Assembly: GCA_012295275.1 (NCBI GenBank) | Contig: CM022665.1 | Span: 29,326,001 to 29,390,000 of the forward strand | Direction: 5' to 3' | Source of the DNA: Chrysomallon squamiferum | Lineage: Eukaryota; Animalia; Mollusca | Length of the DNA: 64,000 nt | Shown: piece by piece, positions 13,201-26,974 of the stretch | Layout: each line of letters begins with the position of its first letter | Numbering within the stretch: position 1 is the stretch's first letter | Notes under the pieces: generated by a model | Seen by the model: the letters and a program-made list of their open reading frames with translations, nothing else | The model's database searches: none | What the model was told of the DNA's origin: nothing | Program-made: the position numbers and the translations under genes

Positions 13201-16200
13201 AAACTGTTTTTTTAATTATTATTACTCAAGAATTTATTTGTTTCTTTCTTGCAAACATTCATGATCCATTTACTGGAATTCATTTTTCTCCATAAAATAC
13301 AATAATTTTTTTTGTCTATTTGTTTGTTTCATTAGATTGTTGAGTTAGAGGACAGTATTCTGCAACTGAAAGAAGACCTCATTCAGGAAAGAACAGAGGC
13401 TAGACAGGAGAAGAAGCGTCTGAAAAAGGCTGTGGTATGAAATGTTCTTAATATTGCCTCAACACATTTTAACATTAATGTCAACACATCTTTGATTTTT
13501 TTCTACAGTGATGATTGCAAGAAAATAACTAGATCCACCATTCCATTGTGGATAAACACCTTCTAATAGGAAATCACATACCGTATACCATCACTGTTCA
13601 TAAAGGAACAAAAAAATATAGATGTACCAACTTTTTCTAAATAACATAATTTGTCATGTACATTTTGTCAAAAGTTCAACTGTAAGTCCAGATCAGTAGA
13701 TCATAAGACATTAAATCCTGTTTAATCTCAGAAGTAGGTCTGTTACTGTTTCTGTCAACTGATCCGTTTTTACCTCATATTCCAATAAGAACAGTTACCA
13801 TGCTTTAATACCATGTTCTGATATTTTAATATATAAAGTTATGCTTGACATATATCAGTCATTTTTGCTACAGTTAATTAAGTGCTGTTTACATTTACAG
13901 AATTCTACAGCAGATAAAACTAAACAGCAGAAGGAAGAAAACGTGGGAAAGAAGCAGTGAGTGATAATTTTACCACAGTGAGACTAAAATGAAACTGCCT
14001 TTTAATTATTTTCAGTGTAATTTTATCATTGTCATTCTAATCTTGTACAGATAAAATGTCAAGTGCTCCTTTTAATGTATTATTTTCATTGTATTTTATG
14101 CAGCTGAAGAAAAAAGCAATCAGTATATTTTTTTAAAGAATGTGTTTTGATTATTTTTATTTCTTTATTTTATAAATTTAAAAAATCTTTTTACTTCTTT
14201 TTTTTATAGAGAATTGGATGGTCTTGAAGAAAAGCTTACAGAAAGTGAATTAGGTCTTGATGATGTTCGTAAGGTAGGCATCAAATACATGAACCTAATC
14301 TAAGCCAAACTGAAAATAATCTTATGTCTTTATAATCTACTTTGCAGTATGGCTTTAGCTTTAACAGCAATTTTTTTTAGATATGTCAGTTTTTGAAACA
14401 TCAGTGCAATATATCAGAATTAAATGCTTAGCTGTATTACTGTATTAATAACGTGATTGAGGAACAGTTATGGTTGTGCTGTATATATATTTAACAATTT
14501 TGTTTTAGGGTATCCGTCAGTATGAAGCCTCAAAAAACCGTCTTGAACAAGAAGAAAACAATCTCTTAATGGCACTGTCAAAAGAAGATGACATCAAGAA
14601 CAATATTTTGGATGAAATGTGAGTGAAGCATAATCTTTGGATAAACAGAGACATGTTCATGAATGAATGGAAGATCTGTTATTTATCTATAATTGTTTTG
14701 GGTTTTTTTAATACTGTTTTTTCTTCCTCTTTTTATTTTTGTGTATAGTCATCTTCATTTTTTTATCTTGTTTTATTTCTTAAGTCTAGGATTTCTAATT
14801 TCAAACATCCTAATTGACCATAAATGGAAAAATGAAATTCAAATTTCTTTGCAGTAAACATATCAAGAAAGAGAAAAAGAATGCTGAAAAAGAATATGAA
14901 AGAAATGAAGCCAACTTTATTAAACAGCTGAAGAAGGTATAAAATTAGAAATTCTTCTTAAAAATTATTTTCATTTTGATTTGTGAGTATATTAGGTATA
15001 TACAGAAGCTGGATATATTATTCAACTCTGTTTAACTGGAATAAAACATTTTGCTTTGGAATTTTGTTTACTGATTCTCTGTTTTAACTTGTCAAATAAG
15101 TAAAACAGTTCATATTTGCAAGACATTTTCTATAACTTTGATACATTATTAGAAGTAATAATATTTATATCTGATTGGAAATGTAAGAAAAAAATAAAAT
15201 AATAATAAACAAGTAGAAAAGGAAAAATATTTTTTTTCTCAGGACTGGATTGTTTGATTATAATTTTAACTAAAATTATAGGAAACAACATCCTTATAAT
15301 TGACAATTATTTTAGTTAGTAGATGAAACCGATGAAGGTACAGAACTAAATTATCAACTGGAACTTCGTAAACAAGAACTTCAACATGGTTAGTATTTGT
15401 TCATTTTAAACCTTTTAACAGCATGTATAAAATTCATCTATTTCCTTTAAAGTATAATTTATACTAAGAACATTTCATTATCATCTTTTATCTACATCAT
15501 CTATATCATTCTTACTTTTATAAGCATAGTAAATTTGCTTTCGTAATGATATATAAAAAATCTTTAAATATTGTCATTAGTTTTGAAGATAGAATGGCTG
15601 TTGCTATTTTATTACCATCATCTTAATAATTAGTATTAGTTACACTAAATTCATAAACTGTATTGGTTTCAAATATTTTTAATTTCGATTGCATTTTGGT
15701 TATTTTGATAGAAGTGAAAGACAAAATAGCCCAAAAACATGATGATGACAGGAAAATTTATCAAAAGGAGCATGTGTAAGTTGTACTTTTTTAAGCATTA
15801 AAACACATCATAATGAAATTATTTCAAAACATTATTTTTTTCCCCTTGATCAGTGTTTCACATAATCTCCAGTTGTAATTGTTTTTTGGTTTTTTGTATT
15901 TTGGTGTTTTTTTTTGTGTGGGTGGGATTTTAATGTCAAATTGTTTGTGTTTGTAATGAAAGCATTTATAAAGAGATCAATTTGAAGTCATAATCTTATA
16001 AATTGAAATAATTATAAAATACAATTTTATAATATAAGCTATAAGATGTGTGATTTTCTAGTTCTCAGTGGCAGTATTAAACCTTTTTGTTTTATTTAAC
16101 AATTACTACAGGTAGAGAATCCCCTATTGAAAATTATAAAAATCTGAAACCTAAACATTTTCAAGCAGCTTGGTTTTGCATGGTATACAAATTTGGTTTC

Positions 16201-19200
16201 ATGCATAAAATTATTTATAGTATTTTATAAAACTACTTGCAGGCTATGGACAAGCCATACAAGAAATCAAAATGTGTTTCATGTTTCAACTTAGATCTCA
16301 CTATCAGGCTACCTCCTTGTATTCCAAAATCATGAATATTCTCAAATCAGAGACATTCATCCTTCAGGTACTGAGATATAGGATTCTCAGATCCAGAAAT
16401 TAATGTATTTAATTATATCAGAATTCCTCAGCATCCTCCTGAGTTATTATTTTTTATTTTCTTATATTTATTATCAAGGGGAAAATCCAGAACATTCAGA
16501 ATTTGTTATGTAAAATTTTCATGATGGAATGATTTTTTTTCCTCATACATGTATTTTCATTTATTTATTTATTTATTTATTTTAACAAGATTGACAAGAT
16601 TAAAGAATGAACTGACAGAAAAAGCTGAAGATCTTGGCCGACTGCGGCAAGAAAATGCAGACATGGAAGAGCAGCTGGAAAATCTGACAGAATCTCATAA
16701 GTAAATGTTCAGTGTTATGTAGAATGTTTTCTCATTAAAATTTTATAAATTTGTTTAATCACATGCATTTACGTATAAATACACACAAACACACACACAC
16801 AAATTAAAATTTTCAGACAATAGATATATTTTTTGGATTCTTTAAAAAATATGAAAAATATCTGTCTTTTTTTCCCCTTTTTATAAAAAATATACTATAA
16901 AAGAATTGTTAGTGTTTTTGGGGGCTATTTTAAAAATATTATATGTTCTTTATTGCAATGTGTCTTGTAGATCCGTTGTGGACCAGCTAACTAAACAGAT
17001 TGCTGAATGTCGACTACATCTGGAAAAAGAAAGGAAAGAAAGGTGAGATATTTTGGACTGAGAAATCTTTAATGCTGATAGCAGTACACACTAATATGTA
17101 ATTCTGTTCATCTAACTGCACAGAGTGATTACAAGAAGCAAAAAATTTGCAGCAGACATCAGAATTATTACATTATTTTCACAGGCAAGATTTCCAGTCA
17201 AAAAAAGATGATGTTCAGAAAGACTTGGAAGAGACTAAAACAGAAGAACAGCTTTTCATGCAGACTGTTAATGAGGAAATACAGGCTGACAAGACATTAC
17301 ATGTAGAACTGTCTAATGAGGTAATACACATTTGGGAAACACATGCTAATAACAGATTACATACATGTAAAACTAAGAAATTCAGGTTGCATAGTTTATT
17401 ATTTAAATTTATTTTAAAATAACAAAATAACTTCTTCTTTTTTAACACAAAACTTTAATGTTGTATATGGGTCTGTATGATTTGTATTTTGTGTATGTAT
17501 AGTTTAGTAAGTTAATTTGTCTGTTGTATAAATGTTTGTGTAGTTTCACTAACATATCTAAAGGTATTGTTTTTTTAAGTGAAATTCATATTTTTAAAAC
17601 ATTTAATTTAATTTAATTTAATTTATTTTGTTAATGCTTGCTTATGTACACTAATTGTATTTAAATAGGTCATTTATTTACTTAATATAACATTTAATAC
17701 AATTTTTATTTTGTTTTTATATGTTAACAAGCTTATATTTTACTAATGTGCATGTATCATGGTGATTCAGTCTATTTTCAAATATTGATTATTCAGTTAA
17801 TTTAACATATTTTCTATTAATATATTTTGCTTTGTTAATGTGCAGGGAAGCCAGTTACAAAAAGAACTGAAGGCTGATGAGTCTGAGATAGTGATGTTAC
17901 AACAAAGTCTAGAGTGTGTTAACAAAGAGTATGAAGAAATGTTTGAAACAATGCACTCAAAAACATCATTACTTGAGGTATCAGCATCTTCTCCGACAAT
18001 ATTTTAATTTATTCTTTTCATATCTGTGAATATATTATCTGATTAAACCAGTCACTTTGTTGAAATATTTATTGTAGTGAAGAGATTTGTTACATGTGTA
18101 TGCACATCCATGCATAGATGCATTTTTTGTATGGATCATTTAATTAGCTAACTTGTTTTTGGTTGTTAATTTTAATCATAACATTTCAAACTAATTTGTT
18201 TACAGGTACTCTTACATTAAACATTTTTTATGAATAGACATTCATTTTATTTACCTATCACGTCAATTTCTATGATTCTTTTTTTCATATACTTTGTTGC
18301 ATCTGATAAGGAGTTCATAGTAAAACATAATTCTTATTTTTTTCTTCATATTAGGATGTTTTTCTTTTTTTTCAGACAGCTATAATAAGTATGGAGGAAG
18401 TGAAAGTGGAGAAACAAAAATCCTTGGAGAAGCAAACTCCTGTTTTTGAAAAATTAGAGCAAGACTTTCAGGAACGAACCACTAAGTATAATTCAATGAA
18501 GAAAAACGTAGTTGGTGAGTAAACTAGTTTTAACACAGAATGGTTGCTTGAGAATAAAATACATTATATTTATGTTCATTTAAGTTTCCTGTTCAAAGAA
18601 CTGTATTAAATTTATTAAAACACAATTAGAAGATGACACAGGAAGACATTTCTCTCTCAAGCATAATGAAATATTCAGTTATTATATTCTTCAGACTTAG
18701 TATTAAATGTTACAAATTCTGTGAGAAATGGTCAAAAAGTATATGTCATTTCCAATTCAAGCCAACTACAGACACAGAGCTTCAATACCTTCAAAAAAAG
18801 ATTCTTTTATTTATCTTAACAAGAAATAAGCATTTGATAATATATAGTATAAAAGATTCAGATAAATGAGAATTTTTGTCATATCATTAGTGAACTGTAA
18901 ACTGTTTATTGTATTTATTTATTTTTTTATTTTTTATTTTGTTTTAATTAGAACTTTTGAATACAAACACAGAACAAAATAAAATTATTATGGTATCTTG
19001 CACTGACATTGAACATATATCAGATCTGTTTTCTTACTAGCACAATGAATACCTCACAAATTTTCAAGGCTGAGTGTGCTACGTTTTGTTGCTGGACATG
19101 ATAATACGTCCAAATATATTTCTTGAATTTCTTTTTATAACTTGGATCATTTGAATTCAACCAAAATAATGTGTTTCAGTAATTAACAGGAAGTTCAAAA

Positions 19201-22200
19201 GCTAAATATATAAGACTATCTTTTCTGATATCACAGTCCATTTCAGTAGTAAAAAGGAAAAGAAACTTCTTTCTTTTTAAGTGAATCTGACCACCCATAG
19301 ACATACTAAATTCTGTTATGTTTGGCAAATTTTGCAAATTTTATGCAGTGACTGGCTAAACTGTAACTGCTGCTACCTTCTCCAGGTACCTGAACAATTA
19401 TTTTAGGCAATCCAGACCATTTTAAAACAGTTTAATATTATTAACTGCTTGCAGTGAATATATAAATGAAAGAGCAAGCATCACCAACTAACTTTATAAA
19501 ATGTATTATTATACAGATAAGTAGATTTGTAAGAAAAATAACAACATAATTAAATTTGAAGAAAAATGGAATGTTTGGATAAAATTAATTTAAAAAATGT
19601 AAATATATTATTGATGTTATAATTATTTACTGAAAAGGAATGAAAAAAGAAGTTCTTTTCTATTATTAATTTATTTATTCAGTAGTTTATTCTTGTATGT
19701 TTGTTATAATAATATGTCTTTGTTATTATATGGCATAAATATCTGCCTTTATGAAATATGAAATAAATAGAATGATTTATAGATTTATGTTATAGATATA
19801 TATTAAACATATTAATGCACTTTTCTAAGTGTTACGGTAATATGTATTATTGTGTATTACTATGTACAGACCATGATAAAATATTTTTAAAAAAGAAAAG
19901 AGGTATGGTAATAAAATAACATTAGGATTATATATAGTCTGACATTTTCTTTTGTTGTGACATCATTTCATACAGAGAAGTTGATATAATCAGCAGTTCC
20001 TAACAGACGGAAATATGGAACTTTCTTTAGTGATGTACTTAGTCCATTAGTATTCTTAATTTTTGGGTACTATAACATTGAAAACATATCTTATTTTATT
20101 GTCATTCTGTCACAATAGCAAAGACAGGATATTAATAACAAAAATTAAATTGGAAATATATTTAATGTATTTGGGTAACTGTATTAAATGTAGAAAGTAA
20201 AAAGAAACTGAAAAGATTTTTTTTGAAAACCAGACTATTATTCTCTGTAAGCATATGTTGTCATTGTATGAAGAAATCTCAAATTTTCTTTCTTATACCA
20301 TTTTTAAAATAATAAAACAATATTTCTTCTTTTTTTTTTTTCCTCCAGAAATGAAAAATCAGAAAGCAGAGTTGGAAAAGGCAATAAAAAAGACAAAACG
20401 TGAAGCAGAATTGTTAGCTAAACCAATGGTAAAAGGAATTACTTTTTTTTAACATATTTCAAATATTGAAGTAATAGTTAATCATGTAAATATGTAATTT
20501 GGTAAACCATCAAACTGGAAACATAGATGCATGACATTTGACATTTTAAATGTTTTCATCTTATATGAGAAAACCAATAATAAAACAAAAATGGCTTTCA
20601 TTTTTTTAATTTAATGTAAGTTTTAATTAGCTCATCAGTTAACAGCATGATGATTGATTTGTAGCTCAGCCAATTTTTTTCTCTGCTGTATTCATTAAAT
20701 AATTATTAAAACTGTCTTAATCATCTTTTTTTTATCAAATATAGAGTCCTTTGTGAGAACATTTTACCACTTAAAGAATCCTGTTTTGTAACTAATAGTT
20801 AAAACATTTTCATTCATTTGTTGTTTTACGTACATTTTAAATTTGTACTCAACAGGGTTAACAGAGTAGAATAATAATATAACTTTTTATTATTAAAGGC
20901 ATTAACCCTTGAATGCATTCAACATCTGTGTGCTTTTTTGGTTCCCCCCCCTCCCCGAGTTATTTCAATACTTTTTGTTTTATTGTATTACCTGTTCTGG
21001 TTGTTTTAGGAAAAATTGCAGAAAGATATCAAAGAAAAGAGGGTTGCAATTTTAGATCAGATAAAGCAACATGGTAATGAGACTGAGGAAATTGAGAAAG
21101 CCATTTTTATTGAGGGAAGTAAACTGAAAAATGTTCTGGAAATAAACCACCAATTAACGCAGGTAATTTCTTTTATTTTGTATACTTAATACTATTTATT
21201 GTTCATTCTGGGAATATAAATGAAACTATATTCTTGAGTTTTCTTTTATTAATAATTGCATTGTTCCACTGAAATTCTAATAAAATTATGAGTGATACAG
21301 ATGCAAGTAGTTTAGATGTAATTACAAATTTATGTAGAGCAGAAAATAATTCTGAATAGATGGAATTAAAAAGAAAGCAAATCATTATTCATGTTTATAA
21401 AAGCATTAATTGGCCCAAACTAACTAGGTTAATTATTTGCCCAGTTCTCTTATCAAAGTAATATAGGACACCTACATCAGTCATTTCAGTTTCAGTTTTA
21501 ATATATGTGTGTATATATATATATGTATAAAATTTTACTCCACATCCAGTTTTACTTATACACAAAAATAGATATTATAAGTGATATTGATGTATTCATA
21601 ATTTGTACTTTTTATGTTAAGGGAATTGGAAAAATGCAAGACCAGATTAGTGAAATTAAAGATCAGATGAAACAAACTGAACTGCTCCGAGGCAAATTAG
21701 AAAAAGAAATAGAAGAAGCAAAAAGTAAGGATAGTGTCATTTATGTATTTGTGAAATGTTGCTGTCATTTGACAATGATTTGCCATTCATCTGACTCAAA
21801 AAATAAAAAAATATATAAAAATTTAGTTTTAATAACTTACCACACAGACAGATGCATTTGCACTTAATATAAATTTTGACATCACTTTCACTTGCTCTTT
21901 TTCAAACTGTAAAACATTTACAAATCTCACTATAAGATCCAGTCTTATTTTCGACATAGGACATAGACTTCAGCAATTCCTCTTTGGATATCTCTTTTTT
22001 TTGATTACTTAATGAACAAGGACAGACATCACAAGCTTTTCAGTGTGGGGATCAAACAGATGCTTAGCTTTTGTAAATAATATTGATAAAAAGTTATAGA
22101 CATTATGAAAAACAAAAATGCCAGCATTTGTTACAATTATATAAAATATTTTAAATTATTTATAAAAAAAAAAAAAAAAATTCTGTTTCTTCTTCTTTTC

Positions 22201-23623
22201 ACATCCCATCAGGCAGGCAACCTGAGATATTCCATTTTACTAAATAACAGAATGTAAAAATAAAATCAGATGATTTGAATTTCAGGGAAAAAACAAAGGT
22301 ATGTGTGTGTTAAAATAAACATTTATTAATATTGTCATACAGGTATTTTTTATAAAGCTCTGTCCACAAGTGCAGTTAATAAAATGTATAATTTATTTTC
22401 AGAGAATCTTGTTGAGAGTTGGCAATCAGATGAACTTATGCAGCAGGTAGGACTAACAAAGTTTCTACATCCAATATATAAAAAATTATCTAAATTATGC
22501 TTTTAGAGTATAACTGCTAGTTAACTGGAGTAATCAAAGAGATAACTTTTTTGTTTTTATTGGTGTCTAAAGATTTTTTAATTATTGGTCATATATGTCC
22601 ACATCATAAAGAGATTGTGTGACAAGAACATTTCTAAACTTTCTGTATACTCTCATTAAAAATAGTTAATTTATAAACAACAATGATTTTTTTTCCTTTT
22701 TTTCTTTTTTTTAATAAAAGTTTTTTGCTACACGTGACCAGAATTCAGTAGAGGAATTTGAAAAAATTCTGGTGAAAACAGAAAACAGAGCCACTGTGAT
22801 TAATGATGTAACAGTTAAGTTGCAGAATGAACTGGAACTGCTGACAAAATTCCTAGATAACCTATCTAGCAGACGTCCAGATGGTAACTATTCAGTAAAA
22901 ATGAAATTCAAATACTCTAACACAGTTTCCTTTACTATATGTATTATTTCCACAGTAAGCACAGTGTTGAATGTTCATTTCCTTTTTTTGTTGTTGTTGT
23001 TGCTTTTTGTTTAAATAATTTTTGAATTATTTTTATCTTTCCTATAATCTGTTATTAGTGCATTTAATTTTTAATTTATCTGAAAATAATTTAGAAATCC
23101 AAGTAAAAGTTATTTAAAATAAAAAAAGTAAAATATCTTTAAGTATGAATCTTTTAGAAAACTTATTTTCTTGCACTTACACACATAACCTTTGTATCTA
23201 TTTTTCTGTAACTTGATCAGTCTGAATAAGTATGTTATTTAGCTTAAGAAAACATTAAGTGTATTTGTGTTGCCAAAAGATATGTCCAAAATGAAGTTCT
23301 ATATATTTGAACCAGTCTAAATACCTTAAGTAATACACAAATTATTATAAATGATACAGTAATGATAATGATGTCAGTGGACATATCAGTGAGAGGATTA
23401 TATACTGAAAACCTATTGAAGTTATTTATATTTTATAGTTCCAGTGCCATCTGGTCGGCATAAAAGCAGTATGAAATCTTCACGGCGAAAGGTTCAGACT
23501 ACTGATGCTGCAAAAGCAGTGGCTGCTGTGGCTGAAGCAAATCTTGCTTTCGATGCATCACAAAATCCTCCTTCAACAAATGTGGATGAGAAAAGTAAAA
23601 TGAATGCTACAATTAAGATGTAA
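10202..23623 (+). CDS. CCDC175: Coiled-coil domain-containing protein 175-like, 24 coding exons (~800 aa)
   Basis: Exons 10202-10271, 10634-10722, 11056-11167, 11785-11920, 12468-12545, 13028-13082, 13336-13434, 13901-13956, 14210-14273, 14509-14618, 14855-14936, 15316-15388, 15712-15775, 16590-16700, 16971-17042, 17185-17320, 17846-17977, 18376-18514, 20349-20428, 21010-21162, 21622-21724, 22403-22446, 22721-22883, 23439-23623 join into one 2406-nt E/K/Q-rich heptad ORF. Segments LETETIKASVLRHRLLTLPTEIRDEIMAAVNATRQLN and QLNQRMAEKASMQIALNET resemble vertebrate CCDC175 as recalled. The exon 2 donor is ambiguous. Confidence 0.8.
11539..11671. repeat. Near-perfect long inverted repeat (palindrome) centred on (TA)n
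   Basis: Left arm ttttagaataaattgaacaaaaacacttttgtttgtgtgtgtatgggtttt is the exact reverse complement of the right arm aaaacccatacacacacaaacaaaagtgtttttgttcaatttattctaaaa; the centre is a (TA)n run. Confidence 0.95.
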
Positions 23624-26600
23624 CATCTTTTTTTTTTTTTTGTAAATATCTAAAGGTTTTTTAAATTTTTATTGTGACGAAAAGAACCAGATTTATTTTA
23701 ATGTTTCAAATAGATCAAACTGATTGTAACTTTGAAGTCATCTTCTCTAGTTGTCAAAGTGACCTTTTCCAAAACATGTATTTTTTTCATTTATCTTTCA
23801 ATTTTTATTGTTTTTAATACATGAGGAAAAAAGAAGGAAAAGTTAAGGAAGTTATGTTTTTATTTCAACATATTTTCCTTTTTACAGTTAAAAGAAGTTT
23901 TATCTGTTAATGATCTTAAAAACAAGAAATTAATATATCGTTTTAAGAAACCAAATGCACCATGGAAAACTGTGATATTTATTAATTGCTGTGATATTAA
24001 AAAAAGTAATAATAAAAATGATGAAACTGCTTTGTTACATTTTTTTTTTATATTCAGTATCTTTCACCAATTATTTGTTAAAAATTAATTTATATTTTGC
24101 CCAAATTTCTCTCTACATACACTAGAAGATTACTAAATTGTTTGGACTTTAAGGAATACTGTCTCAGACATTTTTGTAACCAATGCTTCCAGAACATACA
24201 TAAATTTGTCTCCATGCAGTGAGTCGGACATTCTTAGTGATCATTACAATTTGCATCTATTTTATAAAATTTACCAACTAGAAGTACTTTCTGGATATAT
24301 TATTTTCAAGCTTGGACATCCTGAAATATGGATTCATATCTGTTCTCACATTAAAAAAAGATTTCTATAAATGTTTCTGTTTATTGGTAAGTAATTTTAA
24401 AAATTAATAAAATTTAAATATTTGACTAAATTGCTATAATTACTTTAACAGTCAATAGCATTTAAGATGTTAAGCACTGGCATGGAAATACTTTTTAATT
24501 TTTCATAATATATAGAATATGACAGTGGTACAACTTTACATGCAGTTGTGTTTACTCTGGTTGTCAACAATTTGTTTTATTATTTCATAGAGAATTCAAT
24601 GTCATTTACTAAGATAACAGACAAGATAACCATTTTGTGATAAAATACTGAGTAACAAAAATAAAGCATGTTAATAAATTATGGATATAATTTATTATTC
24701 TTCCTTTTAGTGGATTATGCCCAAATTCAACTCCACAGTATAAATCCTAGTACAAGTCTGCTGTACAAAATGAAATAATTCAAACAAAATAAATTGTTTG
24801 GCAATAAAAGTCAATAAAATACATATATATATATATATAGTCTACATTTCATTAGCAGGTTAATTATTTTACTTGAAATAAAGCTGACAAAAACAAACAA
24901 TTAAAACAAAATAAGGCCTTTAGTGTGATATATAACTGGTCTAAAATAAAGTTAAGTTCTTATTTCATTAATAGATGTACACGTGGAAAAAGCAACATGA
25001 AAACAGGGTTTTTAATTGTTTTAATATTTGGGATATTTACAACAATGTTATAAACGATAACTAAGATTTATTTTATGGAACTATGTTATAAACATAGCAA
25101 TACATACTTAATTTTCACCTACATGAGTATATACCTTACAATAACAACAAATATTAACTGTATTAAATAAGAATATAATAGAAATTTTGTTATATGCAGA
25201 TATATGTGTTACAAATATTTTGTCTGAAGTCAAAGAAAGCAATTTGATAAAAATATACTTTTAACTGAATAATTTTTAAACCAGTGAATACACTATAAAA
25301 TTCTGAAATGATTATATTTACAGCAAAAGTCAATTTTTAATTCATTTCACATGCAAATAATAAAACTGAATTATGAACTTTCTGCCTAAAAGCTTACATA
25401 TGTTTATAGTTATTGCACATAAAAAAAGAATCTAATATATACATACACACACAAATAAAGCAAATACTATGTTTGTTGTTTTAACATAATTATGATCTCA
25501 TGAATCACAAAAATTTTAATATAAAACAATGATTTATGTAACAGTATATAAATATATTTTCACAGGAGAATCTACAAAAATATATAAATATATATGTATC
25601 TGTGTATACACACAATTAAATATTTTTCTCTCCTACTCCTTTATCAGTCATTTCTAAATTCTGAAAATAATATTCTCCGAATTTTTTTTTAAAGAAATGT
25701 AAATAAACCACCACCATACAAAGTTTATGGAATGAAAAAGCTGTTACATTCTTTAAAAAGCAGCTGATGGAGGAGTAGGGACTAATAATATTTACCAACT
25801 ATTCACTTTCAGGTGTTAGTGTTTAAAGGATCATACAAGTTAGAAAATTTCATTTGGGTGTTATTCTTTTAATGATTAAGGTATCTTTTTGCACGACTAT
25901 CCATTATAATGTAATATAATATTCACTGATACTTTTCTAAATTAAGTTAGTTTTAAAAGTCAAATTAACAAATGCCACCACACTGCCACTGTGAAAGGTA
26001 AATTACTAGGTTTAAAAAAATAAAATCAATACGGTTATAAATATAAAACTAATGTCTTAAAGACTTACAATCAAATTTTTGGTCTGATGAAAAAATGAAA
26101 AAATATAATGGTTAAATCTGGGACTTTAAAACTATACATTAACTAATCTAATTAACCAAAATTCTTGTGACAATTAAAAAAAAATCATAATTTGCACCAA
26201 TGAAAATCTATAATCAAATAAAATGTCTAAATATACAATACATTAATAAAATAACACAACTAAATAAACAAATTCTTTAAAATAAATTAATTATATTGAA
26301 AACAAAGACAGAAGAAAATAATATTTTAACAAAACAAACCTATTTAAAGTAAAATAACAAATGTATGACTTCGTTCAAAACCAATAAAATTGAAATTTTT
26401 AACAAAAACAGATTTCATGAAAATAAAATGAGTGCTTGCCATCTCTGTGTCTTCATTTGTTCCTAGACTGAGCATAAAATAATTTTTGAATGAAAGCAGG
26501 TTTGAATGTCTTAGTAATATTTATGACTCACAATAACCAACAACAAAACCATCTTCCCACTGTTTGTGTGAACTTATTAACTTTTAATAAATTCTTTTAA

Positions 26601-26974
26601 AATGCCTGCAAACACACAAGAAAATTACATAACTGTTTATATATCAATATTTATTTGATCATTTACACATCTTTTATTATGAGATACAAACTGTAAAGAA
26701 TATCTATCGTGTTTTATAAAAACACTGAAATTTTACAACCAAAATTGTACTAGAATGCATAAAATTAACTACCAATGAAGTTATTATATAGCATAATTTC
26801 TTTGCCTTTGATTAAAAAAAAAAAAATGAGAAAAGAAAGCTGCTGCTTAAAAACCCCTGAATTTATTCAAGCAGCAACATACATTAGTGAGATACTGTCA
26901 GATGCACCAGGCACCAGTTAGTTGATTATGTGGTTATTATTTCAAGACACCAAAGGCACGAGTCACGTCAAGAT